DNA of 64,000 nt from Methanobacteriota archaeon. Its GTDB lineage: Archaea > Thermoplasmatota > Thermoplasmata > SG8-5 > DAIRED01. This document shows positions 35,970 to 46,376 of this stretch, in pieces. The DNA lies in assembly GCA_043799545.1 (NCBI GenBank), contig JAZDNO010000030.1, forward strand, positions 1 through 64,000. The letters are read 5' to 3'. A model generated the notes under the pieces. That model was not told where the DNA came from. It did no database searches and was given only the letters and a program-made list of their open reading frames with translations. Both the position numbers and the translations under genes were made by a program. Numbering within the stretch: position 1 is the stretch's first letter; each line of letters starts with the position of its first letter.

Positions 35970-37079
35970 TTAGCTGAATATCCCTTTCTTCTTCCCAGCT
36001 TCCTCAAAATCCCGGAGAAGGCGCTTCTGCTCCGAGTTCAGTTTTGTGGGCACCTGGACGCTCACGTTGACGTGAAGGTCGCCCTGGCCGCGCCCCTCCA
36101 TCGAAGGCATCCCCTTGCCGCGGAGCCTGAATGTGGTCCCTGGCTGCGTTCCCGGCGGTATCTTGAGCAGGGCCTTTCCATCGAGCGTTTCTATCTCGAC
36201 CTCCCCGCCCATCGCCGCCGTGGCGAAGCCTATGGGATGCGATGCCAGCAAATGCGGGCCGTGTCGCTCGAAGCGCGCGTGCTCCCTCACGTGTATGACG
36301 ACGTAAAGGTCTCCAGAGGACGTCCCGGCGGGCCCTGGCATCCCCATCCCCGGGAGCCGCAGCCGCGTGCCCGTCTCCGCCCCGGCGGGGATCTTAACCT
36401 CCAGGTCGCTCGTCTTCTGGACCTTGCCTGTGCCCCTGCAATTCGAACAGGGGTTCTTGAGGAATCGTCCGCTTCCGCCGCACTGGCGGCACGGGCCGAC
36501 CGAGATGAACTGCGTGTAGCCGCGGGTCGAGACGTTTCGCACCTGGCCTGCTCCGTTGCACGCGGCGCAGACCGCAGGCGCGGCCTTGTCCTTGGAGCCT
36601 GTCCCGCCGCACGCCTGGCAGCTCTCTGCCCTCGGCACGCGGAGCGTCCTCTTCGCCCCCCGGTAGGCGTCCTCCAGCGTCAGCTCCACGTCTATCCGGA
36701 GGTCTTCGCCCCTCCGGGAGCGCCGGCGGCCGACAGCGCCCCCGAATATCTGCTCGAAGATGGAGCCTCCGAATCCACCGAAGATGTCCTCGACGTCCGC
36801 CTGGCGCGTGAAATCCTGCCAGTTGAAACCTCCCGGGCTGAAGTTCGAGGCGACCCCGTCGTGGCCGAGCTGGTCGTAGCGGGCGCGCTTGTCCGTGTCC
36901 GCCAGGACCTCGTAGGCTTCGGAGAGCACTTTGAACTTCTCCTCCGCGGCCTTGGGGTCGTCCTTGTTCATGTCGGGGTGGTGCTTCTTCGCAAGCTTCC
37001 GGTATGCTGATTTAATTTCGTCCTGGCTCGCGCTCTTCTCCACCCCGAGAATCTCGTAGTAGTCTCGCTTGGCTGCCAA
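35970..37079 (-). CDS. dnaJ: Chaperone DnaJ
   Basis: J domain with HPD, four CxxCxGxG repeats. Confidence 0.98.
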   Translation of the reverse strand: MAAKRDYYEILGVEKSASQDEIKSAYRKLAKKHHPDMNKDDPKAAEEKFKVLSEAYEVLADTDKRARYDQLGHDGVASNFSPGGFNWQDFTRQADVEDIFGGFGGSIFEQIFGGAVGRRRSRRGEDLRIDVELTLEDAYRGAKRTLRVPRAESCQACGGTGSKDKAAPAVCAACNGAGQVRNVSTRGYTQFISVGPCRQCGGSGRFLKNPCSNCRGTGKVQKTSDLEVKIPAGAETGTRLRLPGMGMPGPAGTSSGDLYVVIHVREHARFERHGPHLLASHPIGFATAAMGGEVEIETLDGKALLKIPPGTQPGTTFRLRGKGMPSMEGRGQGDLHVNVSVQVPTKLNSEQKRLLRDFEEAGKKKGIFS

Positions 37080-37098
37080 CCGGGTTTAGGCCTCCGTT

Positions 37099-39009
37099 CT
37101 ATTCTTTCTTGACTTCCTTGAAGTCCGCGTCGACGTAGCCGCCGCCATCTGGCCCTGCGACGCCCTCTTGACCCGAGCCGCCGTCCTGGGCATCTCCGGA
37201 GCCGCCCTGCGGGCCGGCACCTTGCGGGCCAGCCTGGGCGGCTTGCTCGGCCTGGTACTTCGCCGCCGCGTCCTGGTAGAGCTTCGTCGAAACTTCGGAC
37301 ACCGTCTTCGTCAATTTATCGATTTCGGCCTTGACCTTCTCGGCGTCCTTGGACTTCATCGCTTCCTCGAGGTCGGCAATGCCCTTTTCGATTGTGGACT
37401 TCTGTTCCGCAGAAATCTTCTCGCCAAGCTCCTCCAGCATCTTGCGCGTCGAGTAAACGAGCGTGTCGGCGCGGTTCATGGTCTCGATTTCGTCGCGCTT
37501 CTTCTTGTCCTCGTCCGCGTGCTTCTCGGCGTCCTTGACCTTCTGCTCAATCTCCTCCTTGGAGAGGTGGCTGGATGCCGTGATTGTAATCTTCTGCTCC
37601 TTGCCCGTGCCGAGGTCCTTCGCCGAGACGTTGACTATTCCGTTTGCGTCGATGTCGAACGAGACCTCTATCTGCGGGATGCCGCGGGGCGCCGGAGGTA
37701 TTCCCACGAGGTGGAACCTTCCAAGCGTGATGTTTCCGTGGGCCATCTCGCGCTCTCCCTGGAGCACGTGTACTTCGACCGACGTCTGGAAGTCCGCGGC
37801 CGTGGAGAATATCTGGCTCTTGCGTGTCGGTATCGTGGTGTTGCGTTCTATCAGCTTCGTCATCACGCCGCCCAGGGTCTCGACGCCGAGCGACAACGGC
37901 GTTACATCCAGCAGGACGATGTCTTTGACCTCGCCGCCGATGATGCCGGCCTGGATTGCCGCGCCCATCGCGACGCACTGCATCGGGTCGACGCCGCCCT
38001 CGGCCTTCTTTCCGATTATCTTCTCGAAAGTGTCGCGCACGACGGGCATCCTCGTCGGACCGCCTACCAGTATGACCTTGCCTATTCCGGAGAAATCGAG
38101 CTTCGCGTCCTTGAAGGCGTCCTCTATCGGCTTCTTGCAGCGGGCCAGAATCGGAGCGACTATCTGTTCCATCTTCGCGCGCGTGAGCTTCATCTCTATG
38201 TGCTTCGGCCCGGTCGCGTCCTGCGTCACGAACGGCAGGCTGATTGTGGAGCTCATCGAGCTGGACAGGTCCATCTTCGCCTTCTCGCAAGCGTCCCGTA
38301 TCCGCTGGAGGGCCCCCTTGTCCTTCGAAAGGTCTATGCCCTCCTGCTTCTTGAATTCTGCAAGTACGTAGTCCGAGAGCGCGCCGTCCATGTCCGAGCC
38401 GCCGAGCTGCGTGTCCCCGCTCGTCGACACGACCTCGAAAACGCCGTCCCCGATGTCCATTATCGTCACATCGAATGTCCCGCCGCCCAGGTCCAGCACG
38501 ACTATCTTCTGGTTGCCCGCTTTCTCAAGGCCGTAAGCTAGCGCGGCCGCCGTCGGCTCGTTGACTATCCTAATCACGTCGAGGCCGGCTATCTTGCCGG
38601 CGTTCTTCGTGGCCTGGCGCTGGTTGTCGTTGAAGTAAGCTGGCACGGTTATGACCGCCTTCTCGACCTTCTCGCCCAGGTAAGCCTCGGCGTCATGCTT
38701 TATCTTCTGCAGTATCATGGCGCTGATTTCCTCCGGCGAATGCGTCTTGTCGTCTATCGTGACGCGGTAGTCCGTGCCCATCTTGCGCTTTATCCTCGAT
38801 ATGGTCCGCTCCGGATTGAGAACGGCCTGGCGCTTCGCTGACTCGCCTATCAGCCTCTCCCCGTCCTTCGTGAACGCAACCACGCTCGGGAAGTTCTTCC
38901 CGCCGTACGTGTTGCCCTCGGCGCTCGGAATAACGACCGGGCGCCCTCCCTCGAGGTAAGCCGCCTCGCTGTTCGTAGTCCCCAAGTCTATTCCAACTAT
39001 CTTTGCCAT
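37099..39009 (-). CDS. dnaK: Chaperone DnaK (Hsp70)
   Basis: [35 protein letters not shown]. Confidence 0.99.
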   Translation of the reverse strand: MAKIVGIDLGTTNSEAAYLEGGRPVVIPSAEGNTYGGKNFPSVVAFTKDGERLIGESAKRQAVLNPERTISRIKRKMGTDYRVTIDDKTHSPEEISAMILQKIKHDAEAYLGEKVEKAVITVPAYFNDNQRQATKNAGKIAGLDVIRIVNEPTAAALAYGLEKAGNQKIVVLDLGGGTFDVTIMDIGDGVFEVVSTSGDTQLGGSDMDGALSDYVLAEFKKQEGIDLSKDKGALQRIRDACEKAKMDLSSSMSSTISLPFVTQDATGPKHIEMKLTRAKMEQIVAPILARCKKPIEDAFKDAKLDFSGIGKVILVGGPTRMPVVRDTFEKIIGKKAEGGVDPMQCVAMGAAIQAGIIGGEVKDIVLLDVTPLSLGVETLGGVMTKLIERNTTIPTRKSQIFSTAADFQTSVEVHVLQGEREMAHGNITLGRFHLVGIPPAPRGIPQIEVSFDIDANGIVNVSAKDLGTGKEQKITITASSHLSKEEIEQKVKDAEKHADEDKKKRDEIETMNRADTLVYSTRKMLEELGEKISAEQKSTIEKGIADLEEAMKSKDAEKVKAEIDKLTKTVSEVSTKLYQDAAAKYQAEQAAQAGPQGAGPQGGSGDAQDGGSGQEGVAGPDGGGYVDADFKEVKKE

Positions 39010-39011
39010 TT

Positions 39012-39599
39012 TTATCCCTCCTTCGTCTCTCTCGCTGATTTCCTTGAAACCTTAACCTTCGCACAGCGCAGCACCTTCCCGTTGAGGACGTACCCGCTGC
39101 ATATCTCACCCGCGATTGTCCCGTCGTCCAGGGAATCGTCGCAGGCCTGCTCAACAGCCTCGTGCCACCTTGCGTCGAACTTCGCCCCGCAGGTCTCGAT
39201 GCGTCTGAGCCCGTGCCTCTCCAGGACAGACCATATCTGGGACCTGGTCAAGGCCACGCCGTCCCGAAGTTTCTTCACGCTCTTCACGTTCTTGGCCGAT
39301 TCCAGCGCCCTGTCCAGGTTCTCCACGGGTTCGATTATGTCATGGATGATCCGCTCGGAGGCCGCCTTGGCGAACTCCTCCCGCTCCTTCAGCATTCGCT
39401 TCCTGTAGTTGTCGAAGTCGGCAATGGTGCGCTGGAGCTGGGCGAAATAGCCAGCAGCGTCCCCCTCGGCCTTGGCGAGCCTGGCTGCCAGCTCATCCGA
39501 GGAGGGCTGGACGGATCTCGCCTGCACATCGACTGCTGGCTGCTGCCCGTCATCGGCGCCGTTCTCGTCCAATTCCTCTTCTTCTTTTTCGTACGTCAT
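39012..39599 (-). CDS. grpE: Nucleotide exchange factor GrpE
   Basis: [34 protein letters not shown]. Confidence 0.96.
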   Translation of the reverse strand: MTYEKEEEELDENGADDGQQPAVDVQARSVQPSSDELAARLAKAEGDAAGYFAQLQRTIADFDNYRKRMLKEREEFAKAASERIIHDIIEPVENLDRALESAKNVKSVKKLRDGVALTRSQIWSVLERHGLRRIETCGAKFDARWHEAVEQACDDSLDDGTIAGEICSGYVLNGKVLRCAKVKVSRKSARETKEG

Positions 39600-39606
39600 T
39601 GCATCA

Positions 39607-40158
39607 CTACTCTATCCTTATCTTCTTCTCCGGACCGTGCCCGGATTTGCACAACGTGATGTCCAGCACGCCGTTGTTGTACGTCGCTTTGGTGCTGTTA
39701 GGGTCCACGTGCGTGGGCAGCTGCACTTCCTTGAAGTAGCGCCTCTCCGCCGAATCGACCTTGATTTTCAGGATCTGCCCGACGACGGACAGGTCGATGT
39801 CCTTCTTCTCGACCCCCGGTATCTCGACGGTGATGGAGATCGTTTTTGAGTCCTCTATCACGTCAGTCAGAGGTTCGCGCTCGCCGGGATTCTCCTCCAG
39901 GCGCTCGCTCCTCTCGTGTCTAGTCTGCGCGAGCTCCCTGGTGTCCCCGAACTTCTGCATCACCGGCTTGCCGTCAGGCCCCATGCGCATCGAGAAACCG
40001 TATACGAACGGCCCGGACTCCTCCGTCCCAGCTTCTCCGCTGGCCATCTGCTCGACGAGCCTGGACATGTACTCCCTCATCTCCTCGAACTGGTCCTCGA
40101 AGCCGTCGATGCCGAACGGGTCTCGCTCCTCGTCGCCGTGCCTCCTCTTCTTATTCAT
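39607..40158 (-). CDS. hsp20: Archaeal small heat shock protein Hsp20
   Basis: PFVYGFSMRMGPDGKP, EPLTDVIE, EIPGVEKKDI, ATYNNGVLDI. Confidence 0.95.
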   Translation of the reverse strand: MNKKRRHGDEERDPFGIDGFEDQFEEMREYMSRLVEQMASGEAGTEESGPFVYGFSMRMGPDGKPVMQKFGDTRELAQTRHERSERLEENPGEREPLTDVIEDSKTISITVEIPGVEKKDIDLSVVGQILKIKVDSAERRYFKEVQLPTHVDPNSTKATYNNGVLDITLCKSGHGPEKKIRIE

Positions 40159-40813
40159 CCGAATCGACCTCCCTGAACAATCCCAGAGCCATCAACCGCT
40201 TGAGCGCGACTCTCGCGGCCTTCTCGCGTATGTTGAGTGCCTCCGCAATCGAGTCAACATCCGTCTCGCCTCCCTCGATGATGTGGCGCAGGACGCGCTT
40301 CGTGTCCTCGTCGTCGCAAGCCTTGTCCGCCAGCTCGTAGGCGGTCTTCATCAGGCGCTCCTTCTCGTCGAGGAGCAGGGTGCGCCTGGCATCGAGGTCT
40401 TCCATCGCCGCCCCGACGCGCTCGAGCCCGTCCAATATATCGGCGAGCATCTCGCGCGCCTCGTCCGGCTCGTGGAAATCGCCCTCTCGCTCGACCTCGC
40501 CGCCGCTCTCCCCGAACGTCCTTACGACTTCCTCGAAAAGGCCCGGACCCATGTCTATCGTCACTGAGAAACGCTTCGAGGCCAGGTAGCACTTGCGCGG
40601 CGGCCCTCCGGCGTCGCTCTTCTCGACAATCACGCGGACCATCTCGCGGTCCTCCATCACCCTGAGGTGCTTCATTATGGCCTGCTGGCTGACGTTGAGC
40701 ATCTGAGCAAGCTGCAGCGAGTACCGTGGCTCGCGGGCCAGCTCCCGGAGTATCATGCGCCTCGTGGGATTCTCGAGGACCTCCAGGATCTCGTCGATGT
40801 CGTTCTCCGCCAT
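40151..40813 (-). CDS. ArsR-family HTH heat-shock transcriptional regulator (HSR1/Phr-like)
   Basis: EVLENPTRRMILRELA, SQQAIMKHL, GPPRKCY, coiled coil; first gene of the hsp20-grpE-dnaK-dnaJ operon. Confidence 0.85.
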   Translation of the reverse strand: MAENDIDEILEVLENPTRRMILRELAREPRYSLQLAQMLNVSQQAIMKHLRVMEDREMVRVIVEKSDAGGPPRKCYLASKRFSVTIDMGPGLFEEVVRTFGESGGEVEREGDFHEPDEAREMLADILDGLERVGAAMEDLDARRTLLLDEKERLMKTAYELADKACDDEDTKRVLRHIIEGGETDVDSIAEALNIREKAARVALKRLMALGLFREVDSDE

Positions 40814-40816
40814 TAC

Positions 40817-40858
40817 ACAACCTCGGGTTGTATACCTAATGTTCGTGGGGGTATAAAA
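40817..40858 (-). promoter_or_regulatory. Heat-shock operon promoter: TATA (TTTTTATA, ~40852-40859) and palindromic operator ACAACC-N3-GGTTGT (40817-40831)
   Basis: Perfect 6-bp arms starting 3 nt upstream of the ATG, in the expected transcription-start zone. Confidence 0.6.
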
Positions 40859-40868
40859 ACCTTCCGCC

Positions 40869-41024
40869 AAACGCTTTCTTTGCGTCTCGCTCCGCTGGCT
40901 GGCTTTCGCCAAAGAAAGCATTTGGAGCACGACAACCCCTTTTCCTGTCTCGCTGTGCTGGCTTGGGCTCGCGGAAAAGTGGCATGATATCCCAAAAGGC
41001 TCGCCCAAGCCTGCTCGCTCGACC
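40869..41024 (-). repeat. Dispersed REP/MITE-like element, copy B (two hairpin modules)
   Basis: On the minus strand: GGTCGAG, CCTTTTGGGATA...CAGGAAAAGGGGTTGT (module shared with C), then GCTCCAAATGCTTTCTTTG...CAAAGAAAGCGTTT (module shared with A; first 19 nt identical). Confidence 0.82.
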
Positions 41025-41049
41025 TATATCGAAGTTCAGAAACCGTCAC

Positions 41050-42195
41050 CTATTTGGTACCTACTAGTTCCCTAGCAATAACCATCCTTTGGACCTCTGA
41101 CGTGCCCTCGCCTATTTCGTAGAGCTTCGCGTCGCGGAGGAATCGCTCGACCGGGTAGTCCTTCGTGTATCCGTAGCCGCCGTGAATCTGTATCGCTTTG
41201 AGGGCCGTCTGCGTCGCCATGGTCGATGCGAAGAGCTTGGCCATCGAGGCCTGGAGCGTGAATCGCTTCTTCTGGTCGTCCATCCAGGCTCCCCTGTAAA
41301 CGAGCAGGCGCGCCGCGCTTATCTGCGTCGCCATGTCCGCCAGCATCCACTGTATCGCCTGGTTCTTGCATATCGGCTTGCCGAACTGCTCGCGCTCCTT
41401 CGAGTACTTCACGGCCTCGTCCAGCGCTCCCTGCGCCAGCCCGACCGCGAGCGCCGCGATAGCCACTCGGCCCTTGTCCAGTATGTTCATAGCGCCGACG
41501 AAACCGTCCCCCGCCTTCCCGAGGAGGTTCTCCTTCGGCACCCGGCAGTTTTCGAAGACCAGCTCTGAAGTTATCGTCCCGCGCATCCCGATTTTGTCCT
41601 CGTTCAGCCCGTATCCGAAGCCGGGCGTTCCCTTCTCGACGATGAACGCGCTGATACCCTTGGCCCCCTTCGTTGGGTCCGTAATTGCCATCACGACGAC
41701 TACCTCGGCGACCGCGCCCTGGGTGATGAAGCACTTCGTGCCGTTGATGACCCACTCGTCGCCCTCCAGCTTGGCGCTCGTCCTCAGTCCGCCAGAATCG
41801 GAGCCCGCGCCGGGCTCGGTCAGAGCCCACGCCGCCAGCGCTTCGCCCGTCACCAGCTTCGGGATGTACTTCTTCCTCTGCTCCTCGGTCCCCTTCTCGT
41901 AGACGTGGCCGATTCCGAGCGTGTTGTGTGCTTCCATCGTCAGGCCAGTCGAGGCGCAGACCCTGCCGACCTCCTCGAGCGCCAGCATATATGAAATCGT
42001 ATCCGAGCCGGTCCCTCCGAGCGATTTCGGAACGGTCATCCCCATGAGGCCGACCTTCCCCATCTTCTTGAAGCTATCCCAGGGGAACTCCTTCTCCTCG
42101 TCCACGCGCTGAGCGATTGGCCTTAGTTCCTTCTCCGCGAATTCGCGTATCGTCTGCCTTATCATCTCGTGCTCTTTGCTGAGGTTGAAGTCCAT
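41050..42195 (-). CDS. Acyl-CoA dehydrogenase
   Basis: [50 protein letters not shown]-type C-terminus. Confidence 0.95.
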   Translation of the reverse strand: MDFNLSKEHEMIRQTIREFAEKELRPIAQRVDEEKEFPWDSFKKMGKVGLMGMTVPKSLGGTGSDTISYMLALEEVGRVCASTGLTMEAHNTLGIGHVYEKGTEEQRKKYIPKLVTGEALAAWALTEPGAGSDSGGLRTSAKLEGDEWVINGTKCFITQGAVAEVVVVMAITDPTKGAKGISAFIVEKGTPGFGYGLNEDKIGMRGTITSELVFENCRVPKENLLGKAGDGFVGAMNILDKGRVAIAALAVGLAQGALDEAVKYSKEREQFGKPICKNQAIQWMLADMATQISAARLLVYRGAWMDDQKKRFTLQASMAKLFASTMATQTALKAIQIHGGYGYTKDYPVERFLRDAKLYEIGEGTSEVQRMVIARELVGTK

Positions 42196-42197
42196 TT

Positions 42198-42983
42198 CTA
42201 TGCCCCCTTGAAGGCCTGTTTTCGCTTATCCAGGAAAGCGGCCATGCCCTCCTTCTGGTCACCTGTTGAGAAGCAAGCTCCAAACGCCTCCGCCTCGGCC
42301 GCGCACCCCGGTTCCAGCGGGACGTCGCCCGCGAGGTTTATCAGGCCCTTCGCCGACGAGACTGCCAGCGGGCTTTTCGCAGCGATACACTCGGCCATTC
42401 TCCTCGCAACCTCCATGAGGCGCTCGTGGGGGACCACCTTTTCCACCAAGCCGATGCGAAGTGCTTCAGCTGCACCGATGGCCTCCGCCGACATCAAAAG
42501 CTCCTTCCCCCTGCCTCTGTTGACGAGCCTGGGCAGGCGCTGAGTGCCGGCGAAGCCTGGTGTGATGCCGAGGCCGACCTCGGGCTGGCCCATTATAGCC
42601 TTGTCCGAAGCGATGCGGATGTCGCACGCCATTGCGATTTCCGTTCCGCCGCCGAGCGCGTATCCGTTTATGGCCGCGATGACGGGCTTCGGGCAGCGCT
42701 CGATGGCGAATAGGGCGCTCTGGCCGGCGAGACCGTACTCCTTTCCCGCTTTGGGATTCTTGACGGACATCTCTGCGATATCCCCGCCGGCGACGAAAGC
42801 CTTTTCTCCCGCGCCAGTGAGTATGATGCACCTGACGGAATCGTCTCGCCCAAGCTCCGTGAACGCCGCCTCTATCTCGGCGACTGTCGCGGTGTCCAGC
42901 GCGTTGAGGACCTTCGGCTTGTTGATAGTGACGACTGCGACGGAGTCTGCGCCCTTCTCCACAATCAGCCTATCGAAGTTCAT
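42198..42983 (-). CDS. Enoyl-CoA hydratase/crotonase family protein
   Basis: [38 protein letters not shown]. Confidence 0.95.
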   Translation of the reverse strand: MNFDRLIVEKGADSVAVVTINKPKVLNALDTATVAEIEAAFTELGRDDSVRCIILTGAGEKAFVAGGDIAEMSVKNPKAGKEYGLAGQSALFAIERCPKPVIAAINGYALGGGTEIAMACDIRIASDKAIMGQPEVGLGITPGFAGTQRLPRLVNRGRGKELLMSAEAIGAAEALRIGLVEKVVPHERLMEVARRMAECIAAKSPLAVSSAKGLINLAGDVPLEPGCAAEAEAFGACFSTGDQKEGMAAFLDKRKQAFKGA

Positions 42984-43101
42984 GATGACCCAGGAAATGC
43001 ACCCGGGCATTAAAACCCTTCGACTGGTGATGCGGCATCACTATGCGCACCAACGCCAAATAGCCGAAACCTTTATCTCGCGCCAATAGGTCGCCAGCCC
43101 G

Positions 43102-43836
43102 ATGCTCACAATCGTAGGCACCGGCCACGTTCTCGACATTGGAAAGCCCGTCAGGGCAATCGTGAAGGCGCGCGCGCCCTCCGTCGTGGCGCTCGAGCTG
43201 GACCCCCCGCGCTTCCACGGGCTCCAGCACCCGGAGCTGCGTGGGCGCGCCCCTCTCCCGTACATGATAATGGCTTTCATCCAGCGCAGACTCGCCAAGG
43301 ATTACGGAGGCCAGGCGGGGGACGAGATGCTCGCCGCCGCAGACGAGGCAAAGAAAAACGGGGCGTCCGTGGCGCTCGTGGACAAGGATGCCAGGCTCGT
43401 CTTCGAGGAACTGAACCGCGAGATACCGATCAAGGAGAAGGTGAAGATCGGCTGGGCGATGCTGGCGAGCCTTTTCTTGATAGGCGGGACGACCGTGGAC
43501 GCAGAGATGGAGCGTTACAAGAGCGACGAGGCGTCGTACCTGGAGGAATTCGGGAAGGAGTTCCCGGCCATCAAGGAAATCCTCCTGGACCGGAGGAACG
43601 AGCACATGGCGCGCGCCCTGCGGGAGCTGGACGGCAAATACCCGAGCACTGTGGCCTTCGTGGGGGACGGCCACGTGGAAGGACTGCGGAGGCTGCTGGC
43701 GGACCTCTCGCCGGAGATAATCCGCCTGAAGGACCTGACCCGCGAGGGTTTCGAGCCGGAAGATATACATTTTATGTCAATGTGTACGGTGTCGGATGAT
43801 TCTAACTCAAACTGTAATATACAATTTCAGTTATAA
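43102..43836 (+). CDS. TraB/GumN (TraB-domain) family protein
   Basis: VGTGHV, VALELDPPR, EMLAAA, LLDRRNEHM, VGDGHVEG. Confidence 0.85.
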   Translation: MLTIVGTGHVLDIGKPVRAIVKARAPSVVALELDPPRFHGLQHPELRGRAPLPYMIMAFIQRRLAKDYGGQAGDEMLAAADEAKKNGASVALVDKDARLVFEELNREIPIKEKVKIGWAMLASLFLIGGTTVDAEMERYKSDEASYLEEFGKEFPAIKEILLDRRNEHMARALRELDGKYPSTVAFVGDGHVEGLRRLLADLSPEIIRLKDLTREGFEPEDIHFMSMCTVSDDSNSNCNIQFQL

Positions 43837-43885
43837 TCCGACAAAATCCTTATAATCAGAACTTCCCTGTAGGGTTGAGTTCGTC

Positions 43886-44749
43886 ATGAAAGTACGATTA
43901 ATTTCCGCAACGAGAGACGCAGAACGATTAGTGGCAATGGCTGCGAGATCAACGCACACATTAAAATTCCCTGACCACATTTCGGACGTTGAACAAATAG
44001 CCATTATCTCGAATGCCCTAGAAATGGGAATATATACTAAGTCGCAAAAAACTATTATGGATTATTTGCCGAAAAATGAACGGGAATATGGTAAAAGGAT
44101 TCATGATAATGAAGCGACAAGTATGGTAGAAAAAATTAATGCGCTGGGACATACAAGTGTTTTCGAACATGCATCATTCACATTTTCTATTGAAGGGGTA
44201 AGCAGAGCCTGTACGCATCAACTAGTTCGCCACAGAATAGCCTCATATTCTCAACAGAGCCAAAGATACGTTGAAATAAAGGATTGGAAATTTGTGGTGC
44301 CACAATCAATAGAAGGTAATGCCGAAGCAAAACAATGCGTAGATGAATTTAATATTCATGTGAGAAATATTTATATCAAGCTACGTGAACTTGGGATTGA
44401 ACCGCAAGACGCCAGGTATATGTTGCCGAATTCAATGACGACAAACATTGTAGTTACGATGAATGCGCGCGCACTATTAAATTTCTTTGAGCTCAGGACA
44501 TGCTTGAAAGCGCAATGGGAAATTCGCCAAATGGCAATATTAATGCTAAAAGAGGTTCGTAAAAAAGCACCAAATATATTTCAAAATGCTGGCCCCCAGT
44601 GTAGAAAATTAGGCTATTGCCCAGAACGTGATGATAACTGTACAATGAATCCAAGGCACATGAGGGGCGGGAAAAAAATAAAGATTGAAAAAGACACTTC
44701 GCAGCAAATTCAGGAGGTGGCGAATCACAATGTTCCTTCTAACGAATAA
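43886..44749 (+). CDS. thyX: FAD-dependent thymidylate synthase; AT-rich gene
   Basis: GHTSVFEH, QLVRHRIASYSQQSQRYV, ARYMLPN, AQWEIR. Confidence 0.95.
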   Translation: MKVRLISATRDAERLVAMAARSTHTLKFPDHISDVEQIAIISNALEMGIYTKSQKTIMDYLPKNEREYGKRIHDNEATSMVEKINALGHTSVFEHASFTFSIEGVSRACTHQLVRHRIASYSQQSQRYVEIKDWKFVVPQSIEGNAEAKQCVDEFNIHVRNIYIKLRELGIEPQDARYMLPNSMTTNIVVTMNARALLNFFELRTCLKAQWEIRQMAILMLKEVRKKAPNIFQNAGPQCRKLGYCPERDDNCTMNPRHMRGGKKIKIEKDTSQQIQEVANHNVPSNE

Positions 44750-45263
44750 AAAGATAATCGATTATATGGAGGAAGGTCTATTAGATATTGAAAATTTTAA
44801 ACAAGAATTACTCAGTCATACCTACTATAATTTTCGATTGGGAAACCTCTATCGATTATGGGATTCCGAAAAAGAAGACTGGCAGATTAATGAACTAGAT
44901 GGAGGGAAAAACAATATCCTTTTTATTCCACCCGGGGGATATGCACTTATCAAATCCTATGAGCGATTTTATTGTTCAAAAAAGGTTATGGCAATTTTTG
45001 GGCAAAAGTCCAATTTGCAACAAATGGGTTTGTCGCTGAACCATTCACCAAGCATCGATCCTGGCTTTAGAGGTTATTTAGAACTTGGCCTTGTGAATTA
45101 CTTATCAAAGCCTGTAGAGATATGCGTCGGCGAGATAATTGGGAAGGCGCTATTCTTCGATGTCTCAGATACATATCCTGTTGGGCCAATAAATCCTCTA
45201 GATGAAGCAAATTACTTGCGCAGACAGAAATTAGAAGACGGGCCGATACAAAGCAATAAATAA
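44730..45263 (+). CDS. Trimeric dUTPase / dCTP deaminase-family protein; AT-rich gene
   Basis: IPPGGYALIKSYE, SIDPGFRG, GKALFF; overlaps the thyX 3' end by 20 nt. Confidence 0.78.
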   Translation: MFLLTNKKIIDYMEEGLLDIENFKQELLSHTYYNFRLGNLYRLWDSEKEDWQINELDGGKNNILFIPPGGYALIKSYERFYCSKKVMAIFGQKSNLQQMGLSLNHSPSIDPGFRGYLELGLVNYLSKPVEICVGEIIGKALFFDVSDTYPVGPINPLDEANYLRRQKLEDGPIQSNK

Positions 45264-45264
45264 A

Positions 45265-46326
45265 TTACCCTGGCACGAAGATGCCCAGCACGCAGAACAC
45301 CCCCGTGACCGCCCACATCGCCGTTGTGGCCTGCTTTTCGTTCATCCTGTAATAATACGGCAGGATCCACTTCAGCGTGTACGGGTTGGGCACCTCCAGC
45401 GTGCCGTCCTCGCGGACCTTCGAGAACTTTGCGGTGGCGTAGCGCGGGTCGTCGGGCAGGCGCTTGTTCTGCGCGCGCCAGTATACGTAGAGGACGAAGT
45501 TCGCTATGTGCGGGATGAGCATGACCGTCCCCGCCCAGAGGTAATGCTTCGAGACGATTATCGCCCCCAGGGCACCCCCGACTGCCATGGAGCCGATGTT
45601 GCCCTCGAACGCCCGCGAAGGATATTTGTTGTACCAGAGGAACACGAGGAGGGCGCCGGCGATGGCCGCCGCCGTGTAGAGGTTATCGAGGTCGTCCTCG
45701 ACCCAGGCCTTGAGAAGCACCGCGACCAGGACTATGAATGCGCAGCCCGACTGCAGGCCGTTGAAGCCGGAGTGCATGTTCTTCAGGTTGGCCACGACCA
45801 TGATGTAGACGGGAACTATGATGTACCGGATGAACGTGCTTCCAGTGACCTCGCCGAAACCCCAGAGGTCGAAGCTGTACTGCGCGCTCTGTATGACCCC
45901 GACGCCGGGAATCCAGGGGTCCCATCCAGTCAGGACCAGGACGAGCGGGTACGAGAAGAGAAGCGGGAGGATTATCTTGGAGGTCCTGCCGACGTCGATG
46001 AAGTCGTCTAGCACACCGTAGAAGGCGTACATCAAAAGGACGATGAGGATTGCGTTGTCTATGTCAGACGGGTCGCGCGGAAGGAATCCCTCGCCCGCGA
46101 ACCTGTTGACGAACCTGAAGACCAGCGGCAGGAAGATGACCGTTATCAGCACAACGAAAAGGGTCAGGATGCCCGCGTTCGTCGCCACCTCCCGCCCGTC
46201 CGGCTTGTGCATGTCATTGACGACGACGCGCTTGACGGACATCTTCCATATGAACCAGTGCATGAGCCTGGCCGACATGAGCACGGCGACGATGAATGTC
46301 AGCAGCAGCCCGTAATCGATTTCCAT
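45265..46326 (-). CDS. Polyprenyl-phosphate N-acetylhexosamine-1-phosphate transferase (MraY/WecA/DPAGT1/AglH family)
   Basis: DMHKP, GVLDD, NLKNMHSGFNG, YPSRAFEGNIG; about 10 TMs. Confidence 0.88.
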   Translation of the reverse strand: MEIDYGLLLTFIVAVLMSARLMHWFIWKMSVKRVVVNDMHKPDGREVATNAGILTLFVVLITVIFLPLVFRFVNRFAGEGFLPRDPSDIDNAILIVLLMYAFYGVLDDFIDVGRTSKIILPLLFSYPLVLVLTGWDPWIPGVGVIQSAQYSFDLWGFGEVTGSTFIRYIIVPVYIMVVANLKNMHSGFNGLQSGCAFIVLVAVLLKAWVEDDLDNLYTAAAIAGALLVFLWYNKYPSRAFEGNIGSMAVGGALGAIIVSKHYLWAGTVMLIPHIANFVLYVYWRAQNKRLPDDPRYATAKFSKVREDGTLEVPNPYTLKWILPYYYRMNEKQATTAMWAVTGVFCVLGIFVPG

Positions 46327-46376
46327 TTAGTTCAGCATGAACGCGAGGGGGAATATATATATTTCCTTCGGGCGCC

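Noticed and set aside
36072-38541. Plus-strand ORFs opposite dnaJ/dnaK (312, 457, 302 aa)
   Set aside because: Shadow frames of well-conserved genes.
40814-41008. N-terminal extensions given by the ORF track for the heat-shock regulator (similarly for hisF, hisH, smc, rio1, second KaiC, pcm, HAD, dehydratase)
   Set aside because: Extensions run through promoters, repeats or neighbouring genes; downstream starts match family N-termini and RBS positions.
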